Positions 1 through 7,946 of a stretch of DNA of 26,303 bases are shown one piece after another; within the stretch, counting starts at the first letter, position 1, and each line of letters begins with the position of its first letter. This stretch comes from Candidatus Coprovivens sp. (GTDB lineage: Bacteria; Bacillota_I; Bacilli_A; RF39; UBA660), in assembly GCA_051892935.1 (NCBI GenBank), contig JBJFGS010000005.1:1-26303 (forward strand). The letters run 5' to 3'. Under the pieces are notes generated by a model that was given only the letters and a program-made list of their open reading frames with translations, was not told the origin of the DNA and searched no databases. A program made the translations under genes and the position numbers.

Positions 1-17
1 AAAATTTATTCATAAGA

Positions 18-55
18 AAACCTCTAGAAAAATCTAGGGGTTTGTCTACACTCTG
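18..55 (+). mobile_element. Possible right end of an IS1182-like insertion sequence (hairpin followed by TTTGTCTACACTCTG)
   Basis: Hairpin AAACCTCTAGA/TCTAGGGGTTT (18-43) runs into TTTGTCTACACTCTG (41-55), which resembles recalled Firmicute IS1182-type termini. It abuts a terminator palindrome. No transposase in the window. Confidence 0.3.
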
Positions 56-56
56 G

Positions 57-87
57 AAAAATAATATACATTTTGTATATTATTTTT
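57..87 (-). terminator. Intrinsic terminator downstream of the 138-890 gene (possibly bidirectional)
   Basis: Perfect 14-bp inverted repeat AAAAATAATATACA-ttt-TGTATATTATTTTT. Confidence 0.65.
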
Positions 88-137
88 TCTTAATATATCC
101 ATTTAAATTATTTTGTAATAATGTAAAAACATACTAT

Positions 138-890
138 TTATACAAAACTATCATAAAATGGTGAAGAATCTGTTAAGCCTTCCATACCATCATAATAATT
201 TGTTATTGTGGAATTACTAAATAACAACACATTTCCTAAGCCTGATGCTGAGAACGTATAAGATTGAGACATATCAAAAGTAATATTTGCATTTCTTGCG
301 TGTTGATAAGTTCCATATACCGTTCCTGGATTCCCAGTTAATGTTACGATAAGAGACATATAGTGATCCGTTGCATCATCATACATATTCATTGTTATAC
401 CTACTCCTTTTGTTCCAAGTATAGTATTATCCCCTGTTGAATTATATGTGCTTAAAACAGAAGAGCCATTTTTTATAGCTGTTTGACTTCCATCAACTTT
501 AGTTATAGTAACATTATTAGATCACCTTAAAGCGATTACGTCATATTTTGTTACAACTGGAGTTTTTAACCAATCTAAACTCAAATATATTCTATAAATA
601 TTTGTTGATACATTATGCCTTTTATATTCCATTGTAATTTTTTTGTATTCCGTTTGAATACAAGGAACACTTTCTCCTTCTACTATACAGTAAGTTTGTG
701 AGGCTGGACTTATAAGCATATCTTGGTTAATTTCTTCTTCTGTCATCTCAATATTATCAGTCATAATTACATTTCCAATATAGTCATAATGAGTGATAGT
801 CTTTACATACATTTCATTTTTTTCTACTTCTTCTGCTTGAACTGTAGTAAACAAGCATAAACTTACTATTAGTAGTATTAACTTTTTCAT
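138..890 (-). pseudogene. Secreted protein gene (250 codons) with one in-frame TGA at 522-524; pseudogene or readthrough CDS
   Basis: ORFs 522..890 and 138..392 share a frame. Manual translation across 393-521 is open (…KYDVIALR*SNNVTITKVDGSQTAIKNGSSVLSTYNSTGDNTILGTKGVGITMNMYDD…). Signal peptide MKKLILLIVSLCLFTTVQA; RBS AAGGAGG. Confidence 0.7.
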
Positions 891-2041
891 TTTTTTACCT
901 CCTTATTTTTAATATTCTCTGCTATAAATTTATAAAATTCTTTGCATTCTTTTTTTAATTCAGTTGAACATTTTTTTGTTAAACATGTTACTTTGTTGTT
1001 TTCTATATCATATAGAACTTCTTCAGTGTTTTCGTTTTGTTTTTTTGCATAATATATGTTATTTTCCGGATATTTTTCACTGTTATATTTTATATCAAAG
1101 CAATCTGATTCATAGCTATTATTCGAATTAACTCTTACAAAACCACTATTCGTATCAACTGTTATTGTCATATTTTTCATTTCTTTTTTTAATATATTAG
1201 ACGAAACTTGAATATAACCTTCTGATAATAATTTTTTCTTCAATTGCTCATTTTCTTTTATCACTTCTTTTTCTATTGTATCTTTGTTATCAATCTTTTC
1301 TTCTGATATTGCCTCCATAGATTTTGGAAGATAGTTGGTATTTTTAATAATTATTTTATTATTAATCTTTATTTTTTCTATTGTAGTTCCAGACTCGTCT
1401 TCAAAAGTTACTTCTAGATACCAATTGTCAATATTATCTATTTTTTCTTTACTAAATATTTCGTTATAACCATTGTCTTCAATACTTATGTTAGTAGTTC
1501 CACCTACTATAACTTGATCTTCGTTTTTTAGAATTACAGAGATTATATCTTCTTCTTTTAACTTTTCGCTATTTTTAATTATTAATTCACCCGATACCAA
1601 TACATTTTTTGTATTAGATTTAATAAATAATCCATCTGTATAGTGAAAGTTTTTTGATTCTCCATATAATTGATATACTGCAGTTTTTCCATAATTACCA
1701 AAGAAGTATATAATTGTTGATAAGATAAAAGTTATTAACAATATAAATACTATTGTAAGAGTTATTATTTTTTTCTTTGATTTTTTCTTTTCATATTTTA
1801 CATACTCTATTATTGCTTTATCTTCTTGTGGGTCTTTTGCTCCGTTTAGTAGTTCATTTACTGAAATATCTAGTTCTTTACATAGTGGTTGCATTAAGGA
1901 TACTTCTGGTAGACCTTTACCACATTCCCACTTTGATACTGTTTTTTCGCTAATATTCAATTTGTCTGCTAACTCTTTTTGAGTTAGTTCTTTGTTTTTT
2001 CTTTCTTTTGATATGAATTTACCAATGTTTTCTTGGTTCAT
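887..2041 (-). CDS. Membrane-anchored XRE/Cro-C1 HTH regulator with extracytoplasmic domain
   Basis: N-terminal HTH (LTQKELADKLNISEKTVSKWECGKGLPE), one hydrophobic helix at about aa 92-114, long hydrophilic C-terminus. RBS AAGGAGTGA; ATGA overlap with the next gene. Confidence 0.85.
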   Translation of the reverse strand: MNQENIGKFISKERKNKELTQKELADKLNISEKTVSKWECGKGLPEVSLMQPLCKELDISVNELLNGAKDPQEDKAIIEYVKYEKKKSKKKIITLTIVFILLITFILSTIIYFFGNYGKTAVYQLYGESKNFHYTDGLFIKSNTKNVLVSGELIIKNSEKLKEEDIISVILKNEDQVIVGGTTNISIEDNGYNEIFSKEKIDNIDNWYLEVTFEDESGTTIEKIKINNKIIIKNTNYLPKSMEAISEEKIDNKDTIEKEVIKENEQLKKKLLSEGYIQVSSNILKKEMKNMTITVDTNSGFVRVNSNNSYESDCFDIKYNSEKYPENNIYYAKKQNENTEEVLYDIENNKVTCLTKKCSTELKKECKEFYKFIAENIKNKEVKK

Positions 2042-2083
2042 ATTATCACTCCTTTTATGAGTTCATTTTATTATAGAAGATAG

Positions 2084-2113
2084 AAAAAAAGAACCCACGA
2101 ATCGTAGAGTTCT
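2084..2113 (-). promoter_or_regulatory. Palindrome upstream of the XRE gene (putative operator and/or second terminator)
   Basis: Minus strand AGAACTCTACGATTCGTGGGTTCT followed by a T-run. It lies where a -35 would sit for the TATAAT at 2070-2075. Confidence 0.45.
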
Positions 2114-2118
2114 GCAAC

Positions 2119-2140
2119 AAAAAACTGCTTATTAAGCAGC
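2119..2140 (-). terminator. rpmE intrinsic terminator
   Basis: CTGCTTA-A-TAAGCAG plus T-run, overlapping the stop codon. Confidence 0.7.
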
Positions 2141-2344
2141 TTCGTTGTTGTAACCGAATTTTTTGTTGAATTTTTCAACAGCACCAGTCTTTTTAGCTTT
2201 TCCTTGTTTTCCTGTATAGAATGGATGACATTCATTACATACTTCGATATTAAGAACTTCTTTAGTTGATTTAGTAGTAAATGTTGCACCGCATGCACAA
2301 GTTACTTTGCAATCCTTAATTTCTGGATGGATATCTTTTTTCAT
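2132..2344 (-). CDS. rpmE: 50S ribosomal protein L31 (type A, Zn-binding)
   Basis: MKKDIHP…CACG…[14 protein letters not shown]. Start moved to ATG 2344 behind GGAGAA. Confidence 0.97.
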   Translation of the reverse strand: MKKDIHPEIKDCKVTCACGATFTTKSTKEVLNIEVCNECHPFYTGKQGKAKKTGAVEKFNKKFGYNNEAA

Positions 2345-2401
2345 TACTATTCTCCTTCCGCCATGTTTCATTTTTGAAACATAGTAATTTTCTTCGTCTA
2401 A

Positions 2402-2432
2402 TGTATTATATCACAAGAATTCAACTATTCAA
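2402..2432 (-). promoter_or_regulatory. sigma-A promoter of rpmE
   Basis: TTGAAT-16-TATAAT with TG extension (TGATATAAT, -10 at 2405-2410). Confidence 0.65.
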
Positions 2433-2458
2433 TAGTTAAATTAATTTTTTTACATCTT

Positions 2459-2992
2459 TTATGATTTTTTAAATATTGATAGTATTTTACCAACTGTAAA
2501 TACTATACTATCACTATTTTTAGTGGCAACTTCTTTAAATACCGCTTTAAATCCGACAGTACATGAAGAAATTATCGCAGTTATTGTAACTGATGTAATT
2601 GTTGAAGCTAAAGAGAAATCAAACATACTTGCTATTGCAATTGTAAGAACTGCTCCTAAACTACCACTTACTATACCACATATATCTCCAATAACATCAT
2701 TGCAAATTGATGCTACTTTTGTTGAGTTTTTTAATAATCCTATTGCTTCTTTAGCACCTTTCATTTTTTTTGATGCTTTTGCATGAAGATTTGCTTCTTT
2801 ACTAGTTAAGACTGCTACTCCTATCATATCAAATAATATTCCAATTGCTACAACTAAAATAATTATGAATACTAATATTATAGTAGGAAATGAATTAGCC
2901 ATTATAGTTGATATTCCACTGAATAATATTGATAGAATAAAAGCTAGTATAAAGATTGTGACTAACCAATTTATGTTAGTATTTTTTTTCAT
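2459..2992 (-). CDS. oapA: OLE-associated protein A (4-TM, DUF21/CNNM-like membrane protein)
   Basis: Family motifs FDMIGVAV, LHAKASKKMKGAKEAI and CNDVIGDICGIVSG (D-x3-D). Directly downstream of an OLE-like RNA. RBS AAGGAGA (3001-3007) favours ATG 2992 (177 aa). Confidence 0.9.
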   Translation of the reverse strand: MKKNTNINWLVTIFILAFILSILFSGISTIMANSFPTIILVFIIILVVAIGILFDMIGVAVLTSKEANLHAKASKKMKGAKEAIGLLKNSTKVASICNDVIGDICGIVSGSLGAVLTIAIASMFDFSLASTITSVTITAIISSCTVGFKAVFKEVATKNSDSIVFTVGKILSIFKKS

Positions 2993-3029
2993 TATATTAT
3001 TCTCCTTAATATATTTTTTCAAAAAAAAA

Positions 3030-3496
3030 ATGTAATGGTATATTATAAATTAATTTTACGGCTTTGGTCGAGTTGAATTTCTCTAATTCTTACCATCGAT
3101 TACTCTTTGGCGATTTCTCTTTAAAAGAACTAATCGAATGTTACCAGTTCGATTACTCGATTACCACTTAGTCCGCACTTCAAACCTTATAATATGTACA
3201 TCCTAGAGAATTTCTCTAACACATAGTGACTATTCTTATTCGCTTTTGCAGTCATATTTTCAATTTCTATCCCATATGACCACTCACGACATGCGCTGTT
3301 TTATCTTTACCACTGACGGGATAAAAGGAAGTATTATAACTATATGCCATTATAGTATATCCTTAAATCTTAAATCATATATTCACCCGAATCTGGGCGA
3401 GACAAGCAAATATACAAAGTGTCATTAAGCACAATTGGTAGATTTTTAGGCCCACCTTCAAATAATATTTGTGACTAGGATAATGCACCACAACAT
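3030..3496 (-). ncRNA. ole: OLE RNA (ornate, large, extremophilic), compact ~467-nt variant
   Basis: OLE-conserved strings in the expected order: CUAGUCA, UUUGAAGGUGGGCCUAAAAAUC, GCCCAG, AAUGGCAU, UGAGUGG, UGCAAAAG, AGUGCGGACUAAGUGGUAAU, UUAAAGAGAAAUCGC, GCCGUAA. The 5' end (3480-3496) pairs with the 3' end (3030-3046) at 15 of 17 positions. Internal stems at 3131-38/3148-55, 3251-57/3274-80 and 3299-3305/3320-26. Adjacent to oapA. Confidence 0.92.
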
Positions 3497-3503
3497 GTAT
3501 AGC

Positions 3504-3532
3504 ATTTTAGCAAAATTTTTATTTTTTGTCAA
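3504..3532 (-). promoter_or_regulatory. sigma-A promoter of ole-oapA
   Basis: TTGACA (3532-3527)-17 bp-TAAAAT (3509-3504) with TG extension. Predicted start 3496-3497 coincides with the 5' end of the closing helix. Confidence 0.85.
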
Positions 3533-3608
3533 ATTGAAGTAAAAATTTTTAAATATAATAAATTATATGTTGATTTTATAAAAAAATGCCTTTAAAAAAA
3601 CAAGAGTA

Positions 3609-4871
3609 CTACTCTTGTTCTGTTATTTTAACTTCTATTTGAGCTCCAACATTTCTTAACTTTTCTACTATATTTTCATATCCACGAAGTATATGATCTA
3701 TTTCATTTACTATAGTTGTTCCATCGGCTATTAATCCGGCAATTACCATAGCAGCTCCAGCCCTTAAATCTGTTGCAGTTACTTCTTCACCTTTTAGAGG
3801 AGTTGGTCCTACTATGATTGCTGTTCGATCGTTTACTCGTATGTTGGCTCCCATTTTTTGAAGATATTTTATATGTCCCATTCTATTTTCATATATAGTT
3901 TCTTCGAATATGGACATTCCATTAGCTTGGGTTAATAGAACACTCATTGGTTGTCCTAAATCCGTTGCAAACCCTGGAAATACTAGAGTTTTAACATTTA
4001 TAGCTTTGTATTCTGAAGGTTTATTAATTATTAATGAGTTATTGTCAATTTTTATGTTAACTCCCATTTCCTTTAGTTTTGATAGAAGAGCTTCAATGTG
4101 TTCTTCAATTATTCCAGATATTTTTAAATCTTTTCCAAGTAGTGCGCCTATTATTGTATAGGTTCCTGCTTCTATTCTATCTGGAATTACATCAATTACT
4201 CCTTTTCCTAGCTTTTTTACACCTTCTATTTTAATTTCACTTGTTCCAGCTCCCGATATTTTAGCTCCCATGTTATTTAATAGACTAGCTATGTTAACAA
4301 TTTCTGGTTCTTTAGCAGCATTAGAAATGTATGTGGTACCTTCTGCTTTTACTGCTGCAAGCATTATATTTATTGTTGCACCTACTGAGGCAAAATCTAA
4401 ATATATTCTAGCTCCTTTTAATTTTTCAGCTTTAAAGATATACTTATTTCCTTCAATAGTTACTTCTGCTCCAAGTTTTTTAAAGCCATTTATGTGAAAA
4501 TCAATTGGTCTAGATCCTATGTTGCAACCACCTGGGAAATATATTTCAGCATAATGAAATTTGGCTAGTAAAGCTCCCATAAAGTAATATGATGCTCGTA
4601 GTTTTTTACTTAAATTTTCTGGTACAACTTTGTTTTCAATATTTCTGGTATTAATCTTCATCGTTTCGTCTTGATATTCTACTTTTCCATTTAACAGTTC
4701 AATTATATCGATTAATGCGTTTGTATCAGAAATATTTGGAACATTATATAGTATTACTTCTTCATCAGATAGAATAGCTGCTGGAATAAGAGCAACTACG
4801 CTATTTTTAGCACCACTAATTTTGATTTCTCCAGTTAATTCTTGCTGACCATTAATTATTAGTTGTTTCAT
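3609..4871 (-). CDS. murA: UDP-N-acetylglucosamine 1-carboxyvinyltransferase (MurAB/MurZ-like)
   Basis: SGAKNS, LRASYYFMGALL, PGGCNIGSRP (catalytic Cys), PDRIEAGT, ATDLRAGAA. Confidence 0.96.
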   Translation of the reverse strand: MKQLIINGQQELTGEIKISGAKNSVVALIPAAILSDEEVILYNVPNISDTNALIDIIELLNGKVEYQDETMKINTRNIENKVVPENLSKKLRASYYFMGALLAKFHYAEIYFPGGCNIGSRPIDFHINGFKKLGAEVTIEGNKYIFKAEKLKGARIYLDFASVGATINIMLAAVKAEGTTYISNAAKEPEIVNIASLLNNMGAKISGAGTSEIKIEGVKKLGKGVIDVIPDRIEAGTYTIIGALLGKDLKISGIIEEHIEALLSKLKEMGVNIKIDNNSLIINKPSEYKAINVKTLVFPGFATDLGQPMSVLLTQANGMSIFEETIYENRMGHIKYLQKMGANIRVNDRTAIIVGPTPLKGEEVTATDLRAGAAMVIAGLIADGTTIVNEIDHILRGYENIVEKLRNVGAQIEVKITEQE

Positions 4872-4915
4872 ATTATCACACTCGTACTTCTATTCGAATA
4901 TTTCTTCTCAGTTTT

Positions 4916-4944
4916 AATATATGATTAATTAGGCCTTTTGTCAA
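4916..4944 (-). promoter_or_regulatory. sigma-A promoter of murA
   Basis: TTGACA-17-TATATT. Confidence 0.65.
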
Positions 4945-4966
4945 TTTGAAAGTATATTGTTGACAC

Positions 4967-5476
4967 TTATGATGTTAATTGGGAAATAATTTCTTTTATG
5001 AAGGATTTATATTCGATATCTTCATATTTTTCAGATGTTGATTCTAGTAAACATAATGGTGGATACATAACACACCACCAATTATTTCCCGAACCATTTC
5101 CCAAAGTTATTACTAAAGATTCATATTTACCTTCTTTATATGTTATTCCTTTGTATTCTTTTTCTGGGAAATAATTTTCTCCATAGTTTATACTATATGG
5201 TATATTATATTTATTAATTGTATTTTTTATTACTTGTTCATTATTTTTTATTATTTCTCTAGTTTCTTCTAGAGATTTTGATTCTTGAATTAATTCAAAT
5301 AAATTGTTTTCTAAGTCTTTTTTTATTAGTAATTTAGTGTTTTGATCTATTTTGTCATTACTATTAGCAATGATTCTGAATCTAATACTATCTTCTGGAA
5401 TTATTATATTTTTTTCTTTAGTTATCCACATATACATTACAATTATTATCAACATTATGTATATTATTTTTTTCAT
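4967..5476 (-). CDS. spoIIR: Stage II sporulation protein R
   Basis: IRFRIIANSN…DQ, FPEKEY…G.YESLVITLGNGSGNNWWCVMYPPLC. N-terminal signal/TM. Lies downstream of prfA-prmC as in B. subtilis. Confidence 0.95.
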   Translation of the reverse strand: MKKIIYIMLIIIVMYMWITKEKNIIIPEDSIRFRIIANSNDKIDQNTKLLIKKDLENNLFELIQESKSLEETREIIKNNEQVIKNTINKYNIPYSINYGENYFPEKEYKGITYKEGKYESLVITLGNGSGNNWWCVMYPPLCLLESTSEKYEDIEYKSFIKEIISQLTS

Positions 5477-5512
5477 AAAAAATCACCTATTTATATATAG
5501 GTGTATTTTTTT
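5477..5512 (-). terminator. Hairpin between prmC and spoIIR that contains the spoIIR Shine-Dalgarno
   Basis: Minus strand AAAAAATA-CACCTAT-atataa-ATAGGTG-ATTTTTT-ATG. The AGGTGA SD is in the 3' arm. Confidence 0.55.
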
Positions 5513-5517
5513 ACTAT

Positions 5518-6240
5518 TTATTCACTAGTTATAAATATAAATCTGTCTAGATGTTGGAGATCTTTTTTTAGATAAATGTTTGATTTTGGAAAATATTTTT
5601 TAGCAATATTAACAATATCTTGCCCTTGTTCTTCTCCTATTTCAAAAGCTATTATATATTTTGGTTCTAAGTAATTTGATGCTTGTTTTAAAATTTCTTC
5701 ATAAAAGTAAAGTCCATTGTTAGGAGCATATAAAGCAATATGAGGTTCGTTATTTTTTACTATATCCATTATTTCTTCATCTTCTCTTATATATGGAGGA
5801 TTACTTATTATACAATTATATTTATCTGAAACATTTTCAAATATGTTACTTTTTATAAATTTTATATTTGTATCATTTTCTTGAGCATTTGTTATTGCTA
5901 CTTCTAAAGCTTCTTGGGAAATATCTATTGCTGTTATATTACTATTGGGAAATAATTTTTTTAAAGTTATAGGAATACAACCACTTCCTGTTCCTATATC
6001 TAAAATCTTTAAGTTACGATTGTGAAATAATTGTTTAATTATTTCACTTGTTTTTTCAACTAGTTCTTCTGTTTCTCTTCGAGGAATTAAAACATTCTTA
6101 TTTACTTTAATTATGTTTCCATAGAAGTTGACATCACCTACTATGTATTGTACAGGTTCACCATTTTTTAATCTTTCTATTGCGGTTTCCAAGTTATCTT
6201 CTGGATGAAGATATTTTTTTAAATATTCTATTTCTTCCAT
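5518..6240 (-). CDS. prmC: Release factor glutamine methyltransferase (short N-terminus)
   Basis: GEPVQYIVG, VLIPRRETEELV, LDIGTGSG, SNPPY. Confidence 0.96.
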   Translation of the reverse strand: MEEIEYLKKYLHPEDNLETAIERLKNGEPVQYIVGDVNFYGNIIKVNKNVLIPRRETEELVEKTSEIIKQLFHNRNLKILDIGTGSGCIPITLKKLFPNSNITAIDISQEALEVAITNAQENDTNIKFIKSNIFENVSDKYNCIISNPPYIREDEEIMDIVKNNEPHIALYAPNNGLYFYEEILKQASNYLEPKYIIAFEIGEEQGQDIVNIAKKYFPKSNIYLKKDLQHLDRFIFITSE

Positions 6241-6256
6241 ATATAAACTTCTTTCT

Positions 6257-6284
6257 AAAAAAACTAATTCAAAAGAATTAGTTT
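6257..6284 (-). terminator. Terminator-like hairpin between prfA and prmC
   Basis: AAACTAATTC-tttt-GAATTAGTTT plus T-run on the minus strand. Confidence 0.55.
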
Positions 6285-6291
6285 AAATTTA

Positions 6292-7347
6292 TTATTCTCC
6301 TTTAAGTTTTCTTTGTAAATCTTCTGTAATTAATGCTTCTATTATATCATCAATAGCACCATCCATTACTCTATCTAATGTATTAGTAGTAAAACCAATA
6401 CGATGATCTGTAACACGATTTTGAGGATAGTTATAAGTTCTAATTTTTTCTGCTCTATCTCCTGTACCTATTTTACTTTTTCTTTCGTTTCCAACTTGAG
6501 CATCTTGAGCTTCTTGAGCAGCTTGATATAATCTTGCTTTTAATACTTCCATTGCTTGAGCTTTATTTTGAATTTGACTTCTTTCATTTTGACAGGTAAC
6601 AACTGTATTAGTAGGTAGATGGGTTATACGTACAGCTGATGGTGTAGTATTTACTCCTTGTCCTCCATGACCTGTTGCACAGAATGTATCTATTCTCAAA
6701 TCATTTGGATTTATTTCTATTTCAACATCTTCAACTTCTGGCATTATTAATACTGTTGCTGTTGATGTTTGAATTCGACCATTTGATTCTGTTACTGGTA
6801 TTCTTTGCACTCTGTGAGAACCTGATTCGTATTTTAATTTGGAATAGACATTTTCGCCTTTTATTTTAGCTTCTATTTGAGAAAAACCGCCTGCGGTACC
6901 TGGTTCTGAGTTAATTACTTCGATTTTCCATCCTACTTTATCTGCATAGCGAGAATACATTCTAAATAAATCGCCAGCAAAGATATTAGCTTCATCTCCT
7001 CCGGCAGCTCCTCTTATTTCCATAATAATGTCTTTATCATCATTTTCATCTTTAGGAATTAGTAATATTTCTAGTTCTTTAATTAATTCTTCTTTTTTAT
7101 TTGTTGCTTCTTCTAATTCTAGTTTAGCCATTTCCCCCATTTCAGGGTCGTCTAATAACATTTTGGCTTCTTCAATATTATTATTTATTTTTTTATATTC
7201 ATTATACTTTATATAAGTTTCTTCCAAATCTTTTTGTTCTTTTGATAATTTTTTTAGTTGATTATAATCTCCTAATATTTCTGGTTTAGATAGCTCTGTA
7301 GTTAAGTCTTCATATCTCTCTTTTATAGCTTCTAGTCTTTCAAACAT
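6292..7347 (-). CDS. prfA: Peptide chain release factor 1
   Basis: GGDEA, HRVQRIPVTE (PxT motif), GGQGVNTT, RTYNYPQNRVTDHRI. Confidence 0.98.
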   Translation of the reverse strand: MFERLEAIKERYEDLTTELSKPEILGDYNQLKKLSKEQKDLEETYIKYNEYKKINNNIEEAKMLLDDPEMGEMAKLELEEATNKKEELIKELEILLIPKDENDDKDIIMEIRGAAGGDEANIFAGDLFRMYSRYADKVGWKIEVINSEPGTAGGFSQIEAKIKGENVYSKLKYESGSHRVQRIPVTESNGRIQTSTATVLIMPEVEDVEIEINPNDLRIDTFCATGHGGQGVNTTPSAVRITHLPTNTVVTCQNERSQIQNKAQAMEVLKARLYQAAQEAQDAQVGNERKSKIGTGDRAEKIRTYNYPQNRVTDHRIGFTTNTLDRVMDGAIDDIIEALITEDLQRKLKGE

Positions 7348-7366
7348 AGTTTCACGCCTTTCGTTT

Positions 7367-7382
7367 TGTATTATATCACAAG
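7367..7382 (-). promoter_or_regulatory. Extended -10 promoter of prfA
   Basis: CTTGTGATATAATACA, identical over 16 nt to the rpmE promoter core (2402-2417). Confidence 0.6.
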
Positions 7383-7408
7383 TTAGTTAAAAGTAAAAAA
7401 CAAATGAT

Positions 7409-7852
7409 TTATACCATTTGTTCTTCGTCTTCATCTATTATTACTAGGTCTTTTAAATCGTCATCATCATCTGTTAAATCATCATCGTCATTGTCATCAT
7501 TAAAGATATCTTCATCTTCTTCTGGTTCTTCTTCTAAATCATCTAAATCTAAATCAGCTTCGATGTCTTCTTCATCTTCTTCGTTATCCACAACTACCTT
7601 AACAGAATGTTTAGCTTTTAAATCCCAAAGACCATTTTCTAACATAATAAATCTTTGATCTGTTGATAATACATCGAAAAATGCTGGTAATTTATCTATA
7701 AATTCATCTTCTGAAAGATTTAATAAATTACATACTTTTTTAAATAACTCATTAATCTTCATTTGATTGTTTTCTTCTTTTAATATTAATTCTGCTATAT
7801 CATCATATGACATTGCTTCCAATTCTTCTTGAGTTAACTCTTTTAATTTCAT
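7409..7852 (-). CDS. rpoE: RNA polymerase delta subunit
   Basis: DQRFIMLENGLWDLK motif and long D/E-rich tail. RBS GGAGGT before ATG 7852. Confidence 0.93.
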   Translation of the reverse strand: MKLKELTQEELEAMSYDDIAELILKEENNQMKINELFKKVCNLLNLSEDEFIDKLPAFFDVLSTDQRFIMLENGLWDLKAKHSVKVVVDNEEDEEDIEADLDLDDLEEEPEEDEDIFNDDNDDDDLTDDDDDLKDLVIIDEDEEQMV

Positions 7853-7946
7853 TTTAATGACCTCCAAAATAATTCACTAGACACCATTATACATAATTTT
7901 TTATATATGGCAATAGTAAATTTTAAATTTTTAAAAATTTTAAAAT

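Noticed and set aside
480-524. Selenocysteine recoding of the internal TGA
   Set aside because: No SECIS-like hairpin downstream and no redox-motif context.
2363-2382. parS-like TGTTTCA…TGAAACA
   Set aside because: The spacer is TTTT (4 nt) rather than CG. Better explained as an mRNA leader hairpin.
3246-3428. 60-aa plus-strand ORF
   Set aside because: Antisense to the OLE RNA, with no RBS and no recognisable protein features.
3030-3496. RNase P RNA, tmRNA, T-box or self-splicing intron as identity of the ncRNA
   Set aside because: Their hallmark motifs are absent. OLE strings and the adjacent oapA explain the region.
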